From positions 13,281 to 77,280 of the forward strand of contig JANLIT010000004.1 of assembly GCA_024653945.1 (NCBI GenBank): a stretch of DNA of 64,000 nucleotides. The letters run 5' to 3'. Under the pieces are notes generated by a model. The model had not been told where the DNA came from. It searched no databases and saw only the letters and a program-made list of their open reading frames with translations. This DNA is from Candidatus Campbellbacteria bacterium (GTDB lineage: Bacteria > Patescibacteriota > Minisyncoccia > Phycocordibacterales > EsbW-18). Shown one piece after another: positions 10,501 through 19,306 of the stretch. Numbering within the stretch: the first letter of the stretch is position 1; the number at the start of each line of letters is the position of its first letter. Both the position numbers and the translations under genes were made by a program.

Positions 10501-12454
10501 CATCGGCCATAAATGTATCATCACCGACATACTCATCAAGCCACACCTCCCAATCTGAGAGAAGGTTTTCTGGGTCAACTGAGTTTTCATACTTACAAAT
10601 CGTTATGTCTGATGTGTCTTCAACTGGTGGTTGCTCACAAGATGTCTGCTCTTCACCGTTCACCACAAGTTGGTAGATACCTGCTGCGGGGTTCCTTTCA
10701 GGAAGCTGTTCGTATCCTGCCATACCAATGTTTTCAACCGTCAATTCAATAGTGTTCCATCCTGAATCAACATAACTGGTGACATCCGTAGGACCAGTAA
10801 CAGCTCCATAGTTAAATTCGGTTATGTTTGAGATAACAGGGTCACCGTTGATAGTAATCCAGTAGCGGTTATCTGCAGCAAGATTAAGAGTTGCGTCGTT
10901 TACAGGACCGTCAACAAAGAAATCTTTTGTAAATGTTTTTGCCACAGTTTGTGATCCGTCAACAACTTGATAGCTGTCCCAAATCCAAGTAGCTACACTG
11001 TTGAGTGCTGTGGTCCATGCACCGTGAATCCACGCGGCAACTGCATCACCGTTACCAACGCCTTCGTCACCCGCTTCACTCACCACCTCTACACGACACG
11101 CTTCTGCCACCAAGATAGGAACGTTCCACGCAACACAGTAGTAGTCTGTGTCCGGTGTGGTGCTAAGCCATTCCCAGTTATCATAGTGAAGTATGTCATC
11201 AGAACAATAGATTTCTGCTGAAACATTTTCTGTTGTGTTTTGACCTGTAAAAGGAATGTAATTTGCGTCAAAAAGTTCACGTACACGAAGCTGACTATCG
11301 TTTGAAATATCAACCACTGCAGTACCAGCAACAAATGCTGTCCATCCTGCTCCTGCTGAGCCTGGAGTATTGTCGTCAGGGTCTCCAGCGGTGCTGTAAC
11401 TCCATTCAAAGTCCCACGGAACGAGCTGACAGCCGTTATTTGGGTTTGCTGCGAGCCAGCGAGTTGCAGTATTTGATGTCACAGTTGTAAGTGTTGATGT
11501 ACCTGCGCCCCAGTTTGGAAGGTCACTTTCTTCATCACACTCAATTTTTTGTGCGTGAAGGGTAACAGTTTCTTCTGATGGAACGACGCCTTCGTTATAT
11601 GCAACACAGTGGGCAGTTCCGTCAGTGGGAACGAATGTAAGCTCTTGGTTATCGTTTGTACCAGAAGTATCTCCGTCACCTTCACAGTAAAGACCTAAAA
11701 CATCTTCGTTTGGAAGTTTGTTACCGGCGCCGTCGGTTTCAACAATAAGATAGCGTCCAGCTGATGGGAGATTGTCTATAGTGAGTATTCCGCTACCGTT
11801 TGTTGAACCATCTTCAATGAATGGTCCGTCTAATTCTGGGTAAGGACCATCGGTATCATCTGCTTCGCCGTGAACATACCCAAAAGTCTTGCCCGACTGC
11901 AAAGCACATGCTTCTGGTACATCTCCGCCTACACCATTATCGTCGCGATTTACGGTTGTACCGTCAGGACACACGTATTTTGTAATTTCAATTGAACCCG
12001 TTGGGTCATCACTGCCTATATCTTCACAAGCATCCCCGATATTATTCTGATTTCCGTCTACCTGATCTGGATTTACAGCATTTACACAGTTATCACATGC
12101 GTCTCCAACACCATCCCCATCTGCATCTTCTTGGTTAGGATTTGCAACCTCAGAACAATTATCTGAGTCATCGGGAATATCATCATCGTCTGTGTCTACT
12201 GGATCTGGTGCGGGACAAGCGCCACTTTGATCGGGCATAACATCTCCGTGGTCAAGATGTGTTTGAAGAGCGTTTGCATTAAAGGTTAACAAAGAGAAAT
12301 TGCCGTCGTCGTCTTTGTGACAAACAGTAACATCTCCTGCTGGTTGTGCATTTACTAACGAGCCAAAAGAAAACACTCCAACAACAAGGAGTGCGCCCAA
12401 AAGCCCCAACCCAATAGTTCGATATGTTTTATACGAGGTAGTAATGAAAGCCAT
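7535..12454 (-). CDS. Large surface protein (1639 aa): thrombospondin type-3 Ca-binding repeats, SdrD-B-like and prealbumin-like domains; C-terminal APNTG
   Basis: DTDDDDIPDDSDNC..NPNQEDADGDGVGDACDNC; NLIANGGFE; GMKWNDLNADG; VTCTFTN. Confidence 0.8.
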   Translation of the reverse strand: MAFITTSYKTYRTIGLGLLGALLVVGVFSFGSLVNAQPAGDVTVCHKDDDGNFSLLTFNANALQTHLDHGDVMPDQSGACPAPDPVDTDDDDIPDDSDNCSEVANPNQEDADGDGVGDACDNCVNAVNPDQVDGNQNNIGDACEDIGSDDPTGSIEITKYVCPDGTTVNRDDNGVGGDVPEACALQSGKTFGYVHGEADDTDGPYPELDGPFIEDGSTNGSGILTIDNLPSAGRYLIVETDGAGNKLPNEDVLGLYCEGDGDTSGTNDNQELTFVPTDGTAHCVAYNEGVVPSEETVTLHAQKIECDEESDLPNWGAGTSTLTTVTSNTATRWLAANPNNGCQLVPWDFEWSYSTAGDPDDNTPGSAGAGWTAFVAGTAVVDISNDSQLRVRELFDANYIPFTGQNTTENVSAEIYCSDDILHYDNWEWLSTTPDTDYYCVAWNVPILVAEACRVEVVSEAGDEGVGNGDAVAAWIHGAWTTALNSVATWIWDSYQVVDGSQTVAKTFTKDFFVDGPVNDATLNLAADNRYWITINGDPVISNITEFNYGAVTGPTDVTSYVDSGWNTIELTVENIGMAGYEQLPERNPAAGIYQLVVNGEEQTSCEQPPVEDTSDITICKYENSVDPENLLSDWEVWLDEYVGDDTFMADDTDEHDYSGTTNKDGCVSFEAVPYGTYTLDEFMQEGWENLTDADDATNAGSQVTVNEPTQTFNLVNARECNPEQNLIANGGFELPDVTDGSGWDIFASGFSGLDWTVAWAGAFVGAPATANAELHGGVNGWLPYELEQYAELDSDWNGHASGPNGEEASTIISEAIATVPGRTYQLSYAFSPRPGTGTSENNLEVSQDGNVLNAVSLDGSANLNTVWNTYAHSFVAGDSSTDIAFKDLGTPNSEGTFLDNVALFCVPPQEPEHHNEVTICKYEVGQNEGLSGWTVFLKGDSVESDLIVDSEDINGTDSTSLDAGTSYLAFADGTWSNQGGANLVDSEYSTIDSWATQMDGYTGYPTEILELNIGGDFSGLGFGNWGAYNTPHAYLQGFTPSVTGPVPFTIFDGDSGVQNPGWFDDNSGTLSVDIYKGYTGITDETGCVTFNDVALDEYTVDEVMQDGWSYFSGAGGGTVWNIDSDQGVYTFNLINERDGQQGGGEGNINGVKYNDLDNDGYKDYDEPTIEGWTINIYDDEDVLVGSMETNSDGYYQFNISYGDYKVCEAQGSGWNQTSPEISDGYAVACDDGVGYQLIIDTGTDDRDGFDFGNHQDGGSITIDKVVVGGSQDEAFSFDLDGGDDDILLTASNDPETFSGLVAGSYIVTELTSTDDDWYVTDVDCGDDVDFFHDLGEGDVEITLGEDEDVTCTFTNTYDPQTSGDDDDDDGERIIVRKEVTEVSDTNTAFEFDPSWSTDNFLLEANQEHNSGDLNVGTSYSVTETVLPGWNLQSVSCTSDDTGHTDINSGNIVLSNGETITCVFTNDDDRGSISGMKWNDLNADGIKDSGEPGLQGWAIHASNDSEGGFIVSTETDADGNYSFSDLIPDTYIVCETGQDGWEKTYPSGNTLCQGEGAGHEVELSLGDSLVGIDFGNHQNPTITTDDGGGSNGGGSSGFRRNSSTDGGGEVLGEVLGEQTSILPLGAPNTGFGGLKMCLY

Positions 12455-12814
12455 ATGTATATGATTAGTGACCTACCTTTTTGGGTAGGCTATTAAAAAC
12501 GTTTTTTATAAAAATACCCCTGTGTACAACTAATTATCCCTCTACAAACCGTCTCCACCTCGGAGATCAAATTTTTCTAAAGATTACACCGTCATTTTAA
12601 TCTAGTCAAGCCCCACAAGTCAAAGACATTTTTAAAGATTTTGTGTATAGACGGTGGATAATAATACAATACAAAAGAATAATTGTGTCAAACGACTTTC
12701 CTGTTCATTGACAAAATTCTTTTTACTCATTTTGATAATTTTCTTTTTTCTCACCCCATCCTTTTCAACACAACAAAAAGAGTTCAATCCCCCACCCCAC
12801 CAAGATTAATATCT

Positions 12815-12852
12815 CCCAAAGGTTAAACCTTCGCAAAGGTTTAACCTTTGGG
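12815..12852. repeat. REP doublet (AAGGTTAAACCTT family)
   Basis: cccaaaggttaaaccttcgcaaaggtttaacctttggg; further copies at 12961-12979, 13029-13045, 13698-13735 and ~7465-7478. Confidence 0.85.
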
Positions 12853-13053
12853 TACCATACATATCCATAAAGGACATTATAAAAGACATTTAAATATGGA
12901 TGCGATGTTTATATTTTTATAAAGGACATAAAGGACATTATCTCGCCCCACCTTCCACCACCAAAGGTTAAACCTTTGGGCGTTGCGTCCTTTATAAAAA
13001 TTTCATCCCTGTGGTGTAAATTACCGAACGAAGGTTTAACCTTCGTAAATCTT

Positions 13054-13710
13054 ATGGGAAGAAAAGTGGCACTTGCTCTGGGTGAGTTTTACCATCTCTA
13101 TAACCGGGGCGTCGAAAAAAGAATAGTTTTCACTAATAAATATGACTATGATCGTTTTTTGTCCCTGATGTATCTATGCAATACCACAAAATACGTAGAT
13201 GCTCGAGAGCAAGGAGGTACGCTTCAAAAAGCCTACAGAACAAGGGGTGGCAATCGAATAGTTGATATCTGTACGTATTGCCTTATGCCAAACCATTTTC
13301 ACATTCTCATAAAGGAAATGGCCGAGGGTGGTGCCAGTAAATTTATGCAAAAACTAACCACAGGATACACAATGTACTTCAATAAACGATATAAACACAC
13401 CGGGGCACTTTTTCAAGGAACATACAAATCATCACACGCAAATACCGACCAATATCTTTCCTACCTTATTGCGTATATTCATCTCAATCCTGTCAAAATT
13501 ATTGAACCGAACTGGAAAAAAGACGGCATCCTGAATTTACAAAGAGCTGAAATGTACCTAAAAGAATACCCGCACTCAAGTTATCTCGACTATCTCGGCA
13601 AAACACGCGTTCATAATTGCATCATAAATAAGAGTGCTTTGCCTGAGTACTGTAGTACTCCACAAGATTTTATGGAAAGTGTTAAAACTTGGCTCTCCCC
13701 GAAGGTTTAA
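13054..13710 (+). mobile_element. REP-associated tyrosine (Y1/HUH) transposase, RAYT-like
   Basis: YHLYNRG, YCLMPNHFH (HUH), G.LFQG.Y, YIHLNP; flanked on both sides by REP palindromes. Confidence 0.9.
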
Positions 13711-13735
13711 CCTTCGCGAAGGTTAAACCTTCGGG
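13698..13735. repeat. REP doublet overlapping the transposase stop codon
   Basis: cccgaaggtttaaccttcgcgaaggttaaaccttcggg. Confidence 0.85.
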
Positions 13736-13779
13736 AAACGGCTCTTTCAGCTTTATCTTTCTGTTGCTAGAATGGTCGT

Positions 13780-15966
13780 ATGACTCCTGACAAATTCCTC
13801 AAACCATATAATCCAGTACAAACAGAAAAAGACACATACACACGATGGGAAGAGAGCGGTTATTTCAATCCTGATGTGTGTGTACAAAAGGGGGTTACCT
13901 CGGCCGACGCCCCGCCATTTTGTATCGTCCTTCCCCCACCAAATGTGACGGGTACACTCCATCTTGGCCACGCACTTGAAGACTCACTACAAGATGCAAT
14001 GATTCGCTTTGCCCGTATGCGTGGCAAAAAAACTCTCTGGGTGCCCGGAACTGACCATGCGGCAATCGCCACACAAACGAGAGTTGAAAAAATTCTTGAA
14101 AAAGAGGGGGTCCGTCGTAGTGACTTGGGCCGTGAAAAATTCCTAAAACGAGTAAATGCCTTCGCACAAAATTCACACGATACGATTGTGTCACAAGTAC
14201 GCGCAACAGGCGCGTCACTTGATTGGTCGCGTGAAGCATTCACCCTCGATGAAAAACGTTCGTTCGCCGTGCGTACCACATTCAAGCGAATGTATGATGA
14301 AGGGCTCATCTACCAGGGCAAGAAAATTGTTAACTGGGACCCGAAGGGTCAGACGGTTATTTCGGATGATGAAATTGAGTATGTGGAAGAAAAAACAAAA
14401 TTGTATTATTTCAAGTATGGCCCATTTGAAATCAGCACCGCACGACCAGAAACGAAATTCGGTGACAAATATGTCGTCATGCATCCAGCGGACACACGAT
14501 ACGCGGGATACACACATGGGCAGAAAATTGAACTTGAGTGGATTAACGGGCCAATCACTGCAACCGTCGTTAAGGACGAAAGTATTGATATGGAATTCGG
14601 TACTGGGGTGATGACTATTACACCGTGGCACAGTATGGTTGACTTTGATATGGCAGTACGCCACGGCCTCGACTACGAACAGATTATTGACTCACACGGA
14701 CGTCTGCTCCCTATTGCACAAGAATTTGCGGGAATGAAAATTACCGACGCGCGAGAAAAAATTGTTGAAAAACTACAACAAAAAGGTCTTGTTACCCGCG
14801 TCGAAGAAAACTATGTACACAATATTGCTACCGCACAACGCTCTGGCGGAAAAATCGAACCGCAGATAATGAAACAATGGTTCGTGAACGTAACCAAAGA
14901 ATTTGTTCTTCCCCACTCGACCATCCCAAGCATCACTTCAGGAGCAACGACCACCCTCAAGGAAATTATGCGTAAGGGTGTCCTGGGCGGAGCAATACAC
15001 GTTCTTCCCGACCGGTTTGAAAAAATATATTTCCACTGGATAGACAACCTCCGTGATTGGTGTATCTCGCGACAAATTTGGTATGGACACCAAATACCAG
15101 TGTGGTATCGGGGAGATGAAATATATGTTGGTATTGAAGCACCCCAGGGTAACGATTGGATTCAGGATGAAGATACGCTTGATACGTGGTTTTCTTCGGC
15201 TTTGTGGCCGTTTTCTACCCTCGGATGGCCCCAAGAGACATCAGACCTACAAACATTCTTCCCAAATACAGTTATGGCCCCTGGATACGAAATACTCTTT
15301 TTCTGGGTTGCGCGAATGATTCTCATGAGTGGCTACCTACTTGGCAGTGTTCCGTTTAAGACAGTGTACCTGCACGGCATGCTCCGAGACGCGCAAGGAC
15401 GTAAATTTAGTAAATCTGCAGGAAACGGGGTAGATCCTTTGGATATTATCAAATCGTACGGGGCTGACGCATTGCGCATGTCGCTCGTTGTTGGTATCGG
15501 TCCTGGTAATGACAGCAACTTTACTGAAGACAAGGTGCGCGCATATAAAAAGTTTTCAAATAAAATTTGGAACGTCACACGATTTGTCCTAGACAACACA
15601 GAGGGTGTTCCAAAGGAGCAACCGGAACTTCGCGCTGAAGACATCGCTCGTCTTGAAGAACTTTCGGCTCTTACAAAAGAAGTTACCGAAGAGTATGAAC
15701 AATATCAGCTCTACCTTGCAGGAGAAAAACTCTATCATTATGTGTGGCACACACTTGCCGATGTTATTCTTGAGGAACGAAAGGATATTCTTGTTGGTAT
15801 TGATGAGAAAGCAAAACGAAGTGCACAGTGGACCTTGATGCATATCCTAACCACATCACTCAAACTTCTCCACCCACTTATGCCATTCGTTACCGAGGAA
15901 ATTTGGAGTTCACTTCCCCACACAGAAACTGATATGATTATGGTAGCTCCATGGCCACGTACATAA
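13780..15966 (+). CDS. valS: Valine--tRNA ligase (short form, no C-terminal coiled coil)
   Basis: PPPNVTGTLHLGH, GTDHAAIATQ, DWCISRQ, KFSKS. Confidence 0.96.
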   Translation: MTPDKFLKPYNPVQTEKDTYTRWEESGYFNPDVCVQKGVTSADAPPFCIVLPPPNVTGTLHLGHALEDSLQDAMIRFARMRGKKTLWVPGTDHAAIATQTRVEKILEKEGVRRSDLGREKFLKRVNAFAQNSHDTIVSQVRATGASLDWSREAFTLDEKRSFAVRTTFKRMYDEGLIYQGKKIVNWDPKGQTVISDDEIEYVEEKTKLYYFKYGPFEISTARPETKFGDKYVVMHPADTRYAGYTHGQKIELEWINGPITATVVKDESIDMEFGTGVMTITPWHSMVDFDMAVRHGLDYEQIIDSHGRLLPIAQEFAGMKITDAREKIVEKLQQKGLVTRVEENYVHNIATAQRSGGKIEPQIMKQWFVNVTKEFVLPHSTIPSITSGATTTLKEIMRKGVLGGAIHVLPDRFEKIYFHWIDNLRDWCISRQIWYGHQIPVWYRGDEIYVGIEAPQGNDWIQDEDTLDTWFSSALWPFSTLGWPQETSDLQTFFPNTVMAPGYEILFFWVARMILMSGYLLGSVPFKTVYLHGMLRDAQGRKFSKSAGNGVDPLDIIKSYGADALRMSLVVGIGPGNDSNFTEDKVRAYKKFSNKIWNVTRFVLDNTEGVPKEQPELRAEDIARLEELSALTKEVTEEYEQYQLYLAGEKLYHYVWHTLADVILEERKDILVGIDEKAKRSAQWTLMHILTTSLKLLHPLMPFVTEEIWSSLPHTETDMIMVAPWPRT

Positions 15967-15970
15967 TTTC

Positions 15971-16666
15971 ATGCCGATCTTTCAATCAGTTGTCATAGCA
16001 TTTTTAGGAGGATCCATCCCCGCCTTTTTTTGGCTTTGGTTTTGGCTACGTGAAGATAGAAAACACCCAGAACCTCGGCATCTTTTGGTAGCTTGTTTTT
16101 TTCTTGGTATGGCCGGCGTAGTGGTTGCAATTCCCTTGGAAAAAGCAGCCGAGCTCATTTCAACCGCTCCCCTTTTTATATTTATTGTATGGGCGCTTAT
16201 TGAAGAGTCCCTCAAGTATGGTGCTGCCTACATCGGTGGCATGCACACACAAGCAGAAGATGAACCTATTGACGCAATGGTGTACTTGCTCACGGCCGCA
16301 CTTGGATTTGCAGCAGCAGAAAATATGCTCTTCCTCCTCAACCCACTTATTGAAGGCGATGCGTTCGTGGGAATACTCACAGGAAACATCCGTTTTATTG
16401 GAACATCACTCTTACATGTGGTTGCTTCGTGTGTTATTGGAGGTATGGTTGCTCTTTCCTTTTACAAAAAGAAAAAAATACGCCACGAATACTTTTTGGC
16501 CGGACTTATCGGTGCTGTTGCCCTTCACACAGCATTCAACTACTTTATTGTGCAGGGTGGTGCTGGTGGTCTTTTCTATGTGTTTGCAATGCTCTGGATA
16601 CTCGTCATTGGGCTCATGCTCTTGTTTGAAGACGTAAAACGTGTCCATCCACAGGGTGTGGTGTAG
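15971..16666 (+). CDS. prsW: PrsW-family intramembrane glutamic protease
   Basis: DRKHPEP, IEESLK, GFAAAEN, LH...LH motifs. Confidence 0.88.
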   Translation: MPIFQSVVIAFLGGSIPAFFWLWFWLREDRKHPEPRHLLVACFFLGMAGVVVAIPLEKAAELISTAPLFIFIVWALIEESLKYGAAYIGGMHTQAEDEPIDAMVYLLTAALGFAAAENMLFLLNPLIEGDAFVGILTGNIRFIGTSLLHVVASCVIGGMVALSFYKKKKIRHEYFLAGLIGAVALHTAFNYFIVQGGAGGLFYVFAMLWILVIGLMLLFEDVKRVHPQGVV

Positions 16667-16746
16667 CAAGTTGTTCTACGGGTGGTACAATTAAGAATAC
16701 TGAAAGTAACACTTTATAAAACAGTAACGTACCTCACACCTATTTC

Positions 16747-17211
16747 ATGAAAAAACAATCATTCTTTCAACGACTCACTGGGGCTATCAATACGGATGAC
16801 GATTTTCTTGACGACGAACAAGACGCAAAAGACATCGTGCGCCGTGAAAGTATTGGAACGCTTGCTGAAGACCACGAGCACGAAGCGGAGCTTGCTGTTG
16901 ATGTGAGTCAAACACCAACTGAAATCATCATTAAGACCATGGTTGCTGGTGTAGGACTTGATGACTTGGATGTGTCCATCAGTCAAGAAATGGTGATTAT
17001 CAAAGGTTCACGCCGTGAAGTGTATGAAGCAGATGATAGTGATTACTTTCATCGAGAATTGTATTGGGGAACATTTGCCAGAACCATTCTTCTCCCTGCG
17101 GAAGTAAAATCAGAAGATGCGATTGCAGAGATTAAAAATGGACTTCTCACTATCCGTCTACCAAAGATAGATAAGCAGAGACAAACAAAACTTCGTATCC
17201 GAACAATTTAA
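16747..17211 (+). CDS. Small heat-shock protein Hsp20
   Basis: ELYWGTFARTILLP, A..KNGLLTIRLPK. Confidence 0.92.
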   Translation: MKKQSFFQRLTGAINTDDDFLDDEQDAKDIVRRESIGTLAEDHEHEAELAVDVSQTPTEIIIKTMVAGVGLDDLDVSISQEMVIIKGSRREVYEADDSDYFHRELYWGTFARTILLPAEVKSEDAIAEIKNGLLTIRLPKIDKQRQTKLRIRTI

Positions 17212-17214
17212 ATC

Positions 17215-17242
17215 AAAAAAACCGCCTTCGGGCGGTTTTTTT
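17215..17242. terminator. Bidirectional intrinsic terminator
   Basis: aaaaaaaccgcc-ttcg-ggcggttttttt between convergent hsp20 and tRNA-Phe. Confidence 0.85.
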
Positions 17243-17247
17243 GTTAC

Positions 17248-17323
17248 TGGTGCTTGGGACCGGGCTCGAACCGGTGACCCCCGCCTCTTCAGGGCGATGC
17301 TCTACCAACTGAGCTACCCAAGC
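17248..17323 (-). tRNA. tRNA-Phe(GAA)
   Basis: GCTTGGGTAGCTCAGTTGGTAGAGC...CT-GAA-GA...GGTTCGAGCCCGG...CCA encoded. Confidence 0.95.
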
Positions 17324-17398
17324 GCCACCTTCCTTTCAAGTTCCCTTGAAGGCCACAATATCATGTTTTTTTACCCTCTTCCACCTCCTTTCAGTCAC

Positions 17399-17647
17399 CT
17401 AAAAATTAAAAAAACTTTCAATGCTACTTTGTTCCCCATCACCATTTCCTGTTAAAGATTGTATTGTATCAATGTAGGGTTGTATAAGGTAGAACGCACC
17501 AACCGAAGCACCGATAATAATTGCCCAATAGACTACACGCATAACACTTCCCACCATAATGTGTCGATACATTTTTCTAACAAGAATATTTGTTTCTTTT
17601 GCAAGTGTGGCGGTTTCTTCAAGAAGTTTTTTTTCTTCAGGTGTCAT
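17399..17647 (-). CDS. Small single-TM hypothetical protein
   Basis: MTPEEKKLLEET...YWAIIIGASVGAFYLIQPY. Confidence 0.7.
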   Translation of the reverse strand: MTPEEKKLLEETATLAKETNILVRKMYRHIMVGSVMRVVYWAIIIGASVGAFYLIQPYIDTIQSLTGNGDGEQSSIESFFNF

Positions 17648-17699
17648 ATGAGTAGTATATCGTATATAGGATTTAGTATATAGTAAGAAGTTGTATAAA

Positions 17700-17771
17700 G
17701 CCCCCATAGCTCAACGGATAGAGCAGTTCCGTCCTAAGGAAAAAATCCTCGTTCAATTCGGGGTGGGGGCA
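17700..17771 (+). tRNA. tRNA-Arg(CCT)
   Basis: GCCCCCA/TGGGGGC acceptor, GCTC..GAGC D-arm, CCT anticodon, TTCAATT T-loop. Confidence 0.85.
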
Positions 17772-18307
17772 CTTGAAGTGATTCTACGTGGCGTAGCGTG
17801 TGCTCGGATAATAAATCCCATTTTCCAATCAATAACCACACTCCAACCAGATTCTTGTAGTGTTTCGAGTGTTGGCCGATTCAGGTGACAATTATAGGCA
17901 AACGCTGACCACCGTGGTGTTGCTCTATCAGCAATATAGCGAAGACATGTGTTGGAGGGACGAATATGTTCAACCATATGCAGTACCCCACCTGGACGAA
18001 GTACTCGCTCAATCTCATTAAGAACCTTTTTTTGGTTAGAGACGGAACACAAAACAAGACTAGAGACAACGTGGTCAAAACTACCGTTAGAAAAGGGGAG
18101 GTTCTCAGCTGATATGTGTGTAATACTTACTGGTATCTTAACACCACCTGCAACCTTCACTGCTTTTTGGTACTGCTCATAGTTAGGTTCAATACCAGCG
18201 ACAGAAGAGGCGTGTGTATACAGTGGTATGTTTTGCCCTGCTCCAACACCAATCTCAAGTACGTCACCAGTGAGTTCTGCAACAAGTTTTTTTCTCCAAT
18301 TCAACAT
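17753..18307 (-). CDS. Class I SAM-dependent methyltransferase, possibly 5'-truncated
   Basis: VLEIGVGAG, AENLPF...FDHVVS.LVLCSV, LRPGG; the 3' end runs into tRNA-Arg. Confidence 0.75.
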   Translation of the reverse strand: MLNWRKKLVAELTGDVLEIGVGAGQNIPLYTHASSVAGIEPNYEQYQKAVKVAGGVKIPVSITHISAENLPFSNGSFDHVVSSLVLCSVSNQKKVLNEIERVLRPGGVLHMVEHIRPSNTCLRYIADRATPRWSAFAYNCHLNRPTLETLQESGWSVVIDWKMGFIIRAHATPRRITSSAPTPN

Positions 18308-18309
18308 AA

Positions 18310-18537
18310 TGTGCGAGTAGCGAGAACCTGCCTGCCGGCAGGCGGGTCGAACTCGGGTCTTAACCTTGGCCCTGCAATAATTTTGCGGACCTGTGCGAGT
18401 GGTGGGAATCGGTCACGAGTTACTAATTCGCTTCGCTCATAAGTACTCTCGACCCCGCCTCCCAAATTGTCACACTGTGATAATTTGGTCCGGCCTTCGA
18501 TTCCCGCGCATCCATCAAAAAAATAATTTTTTGATTG
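18310..18537 (-). repeat. tRNA-Gly downstream element (anti-T-arm plus two 3'-end duplicates)
   Basis: ttcgattcccgc 18496-18507; tgtgcgagtggtgggaatcg 18392-18411; degenerate copy near 18310. Confidence 0.8.
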
Positions 18538-18608
18538 TGCGAGTGGCGGGAATCGAACCCGCGTCAGATGCTTGGGAAGCATCCATTCGACCACTGAACT
18601 ACACTCGC
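18538..18608 (-). tRNA. tRNA-Gly(CCC)
   Basis: GCGAGTG acceptor, GATGC-TT-CCC-AA-GCATC, GGTTCGATTCCC. Confidence 0.95.
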
Positions 18609-18758
18609 AAAATTCTTCAGGATTGCGATTTACAATACACTCGTTTCACTCGTGATTCAAGAGAATGTACTCCAAGAGTGAATCTACTGATTCACCTACT
18701 GGGTGTGTAAATCGGGAAGAATGTCACATTCTGAAACTCAAACCTGTACCCGCTTGTT

Positions 18759-19130
18759 CTACCACAACCACTCCCACAACCTACCCCACCACCCAACTTC
18801 CACTTCTTCTGTACTCGACGCTTCTTCATCATTGATGAGTATAATCACTTTTTCTCCAGATTTAGCAATACTATATCGTTCGCGTAACTTTGATTCAACA
18901 CCCGCAACTGTTTCCATAGATTCTATTTCAGAAGAAAGAAATTCCTTGCGTTGTATAAGATCTTCATACTGTCCTTGTACACGCGCACGTGCCTCTTCTG
19001 CTTGTTCTTTTTTTTGAAAAATATCCCAGAGCTCTTTTCCACCAATAAACAGTAGCCCAAGTAATACTGCGATAGTAACGTTTGAGTAGAGTAACTTTCG
19101 AGCTCGTTGTCGTTGTCTAAAGTCTGCCAT
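18759..19130 (-). CDS. Septum formation initiator (FtsB/DivIC family)
   Basis: TM helix, coiled coil, then E..LRERY..AK.GEKVI. Confidence 0.8.
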   Translation of the reverse strand: MADFRQRQRARKLLYSNVTIAVLLGLLFIGGKELWDIFQKKEQAEEARARVQGQYEDLIQRKEFLSSEIESMETVAGVESKLRERYSIAKSGEKVIILINDEEASSTEEVEVGWWGRLWEWLW

Positions 19131-19181
19131 AGAGTAAATCTAGTATACCGCAAAATGCTGTGGTACAATCTTTTTTGTTAT

Positions 19182-19289
19182 ATGCTATTTCAAAAGAAAA
19201 CACAAAAGGTGGTAAGGGCGATTTGGATGGTGGTCGTTATTTTGGTTATCATCAGTATGATTGCCCTCTATACACCATCCATTTTCTAA
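19182..19289 (+). CDS. Small membrane peptide (35 aa)
   Basis: MLFQKKTQKVVRAIWMVVVILVIISMIALY, a basic stretch followed by a TM helix. Confidence 0.5.
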   Translation: MLFQKKTQKVVRAIWMVVVILVIISMIALYTPSIF

Positions 19290-19306
19290 TAAACCCTTAC
19301 CCGACT

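Noticed and set aside
13780-15966. valS and infB as truncated pseudogenes
   Set aside because: Catalytic motifs are intact; loss of terminal domains fits genome streamlining
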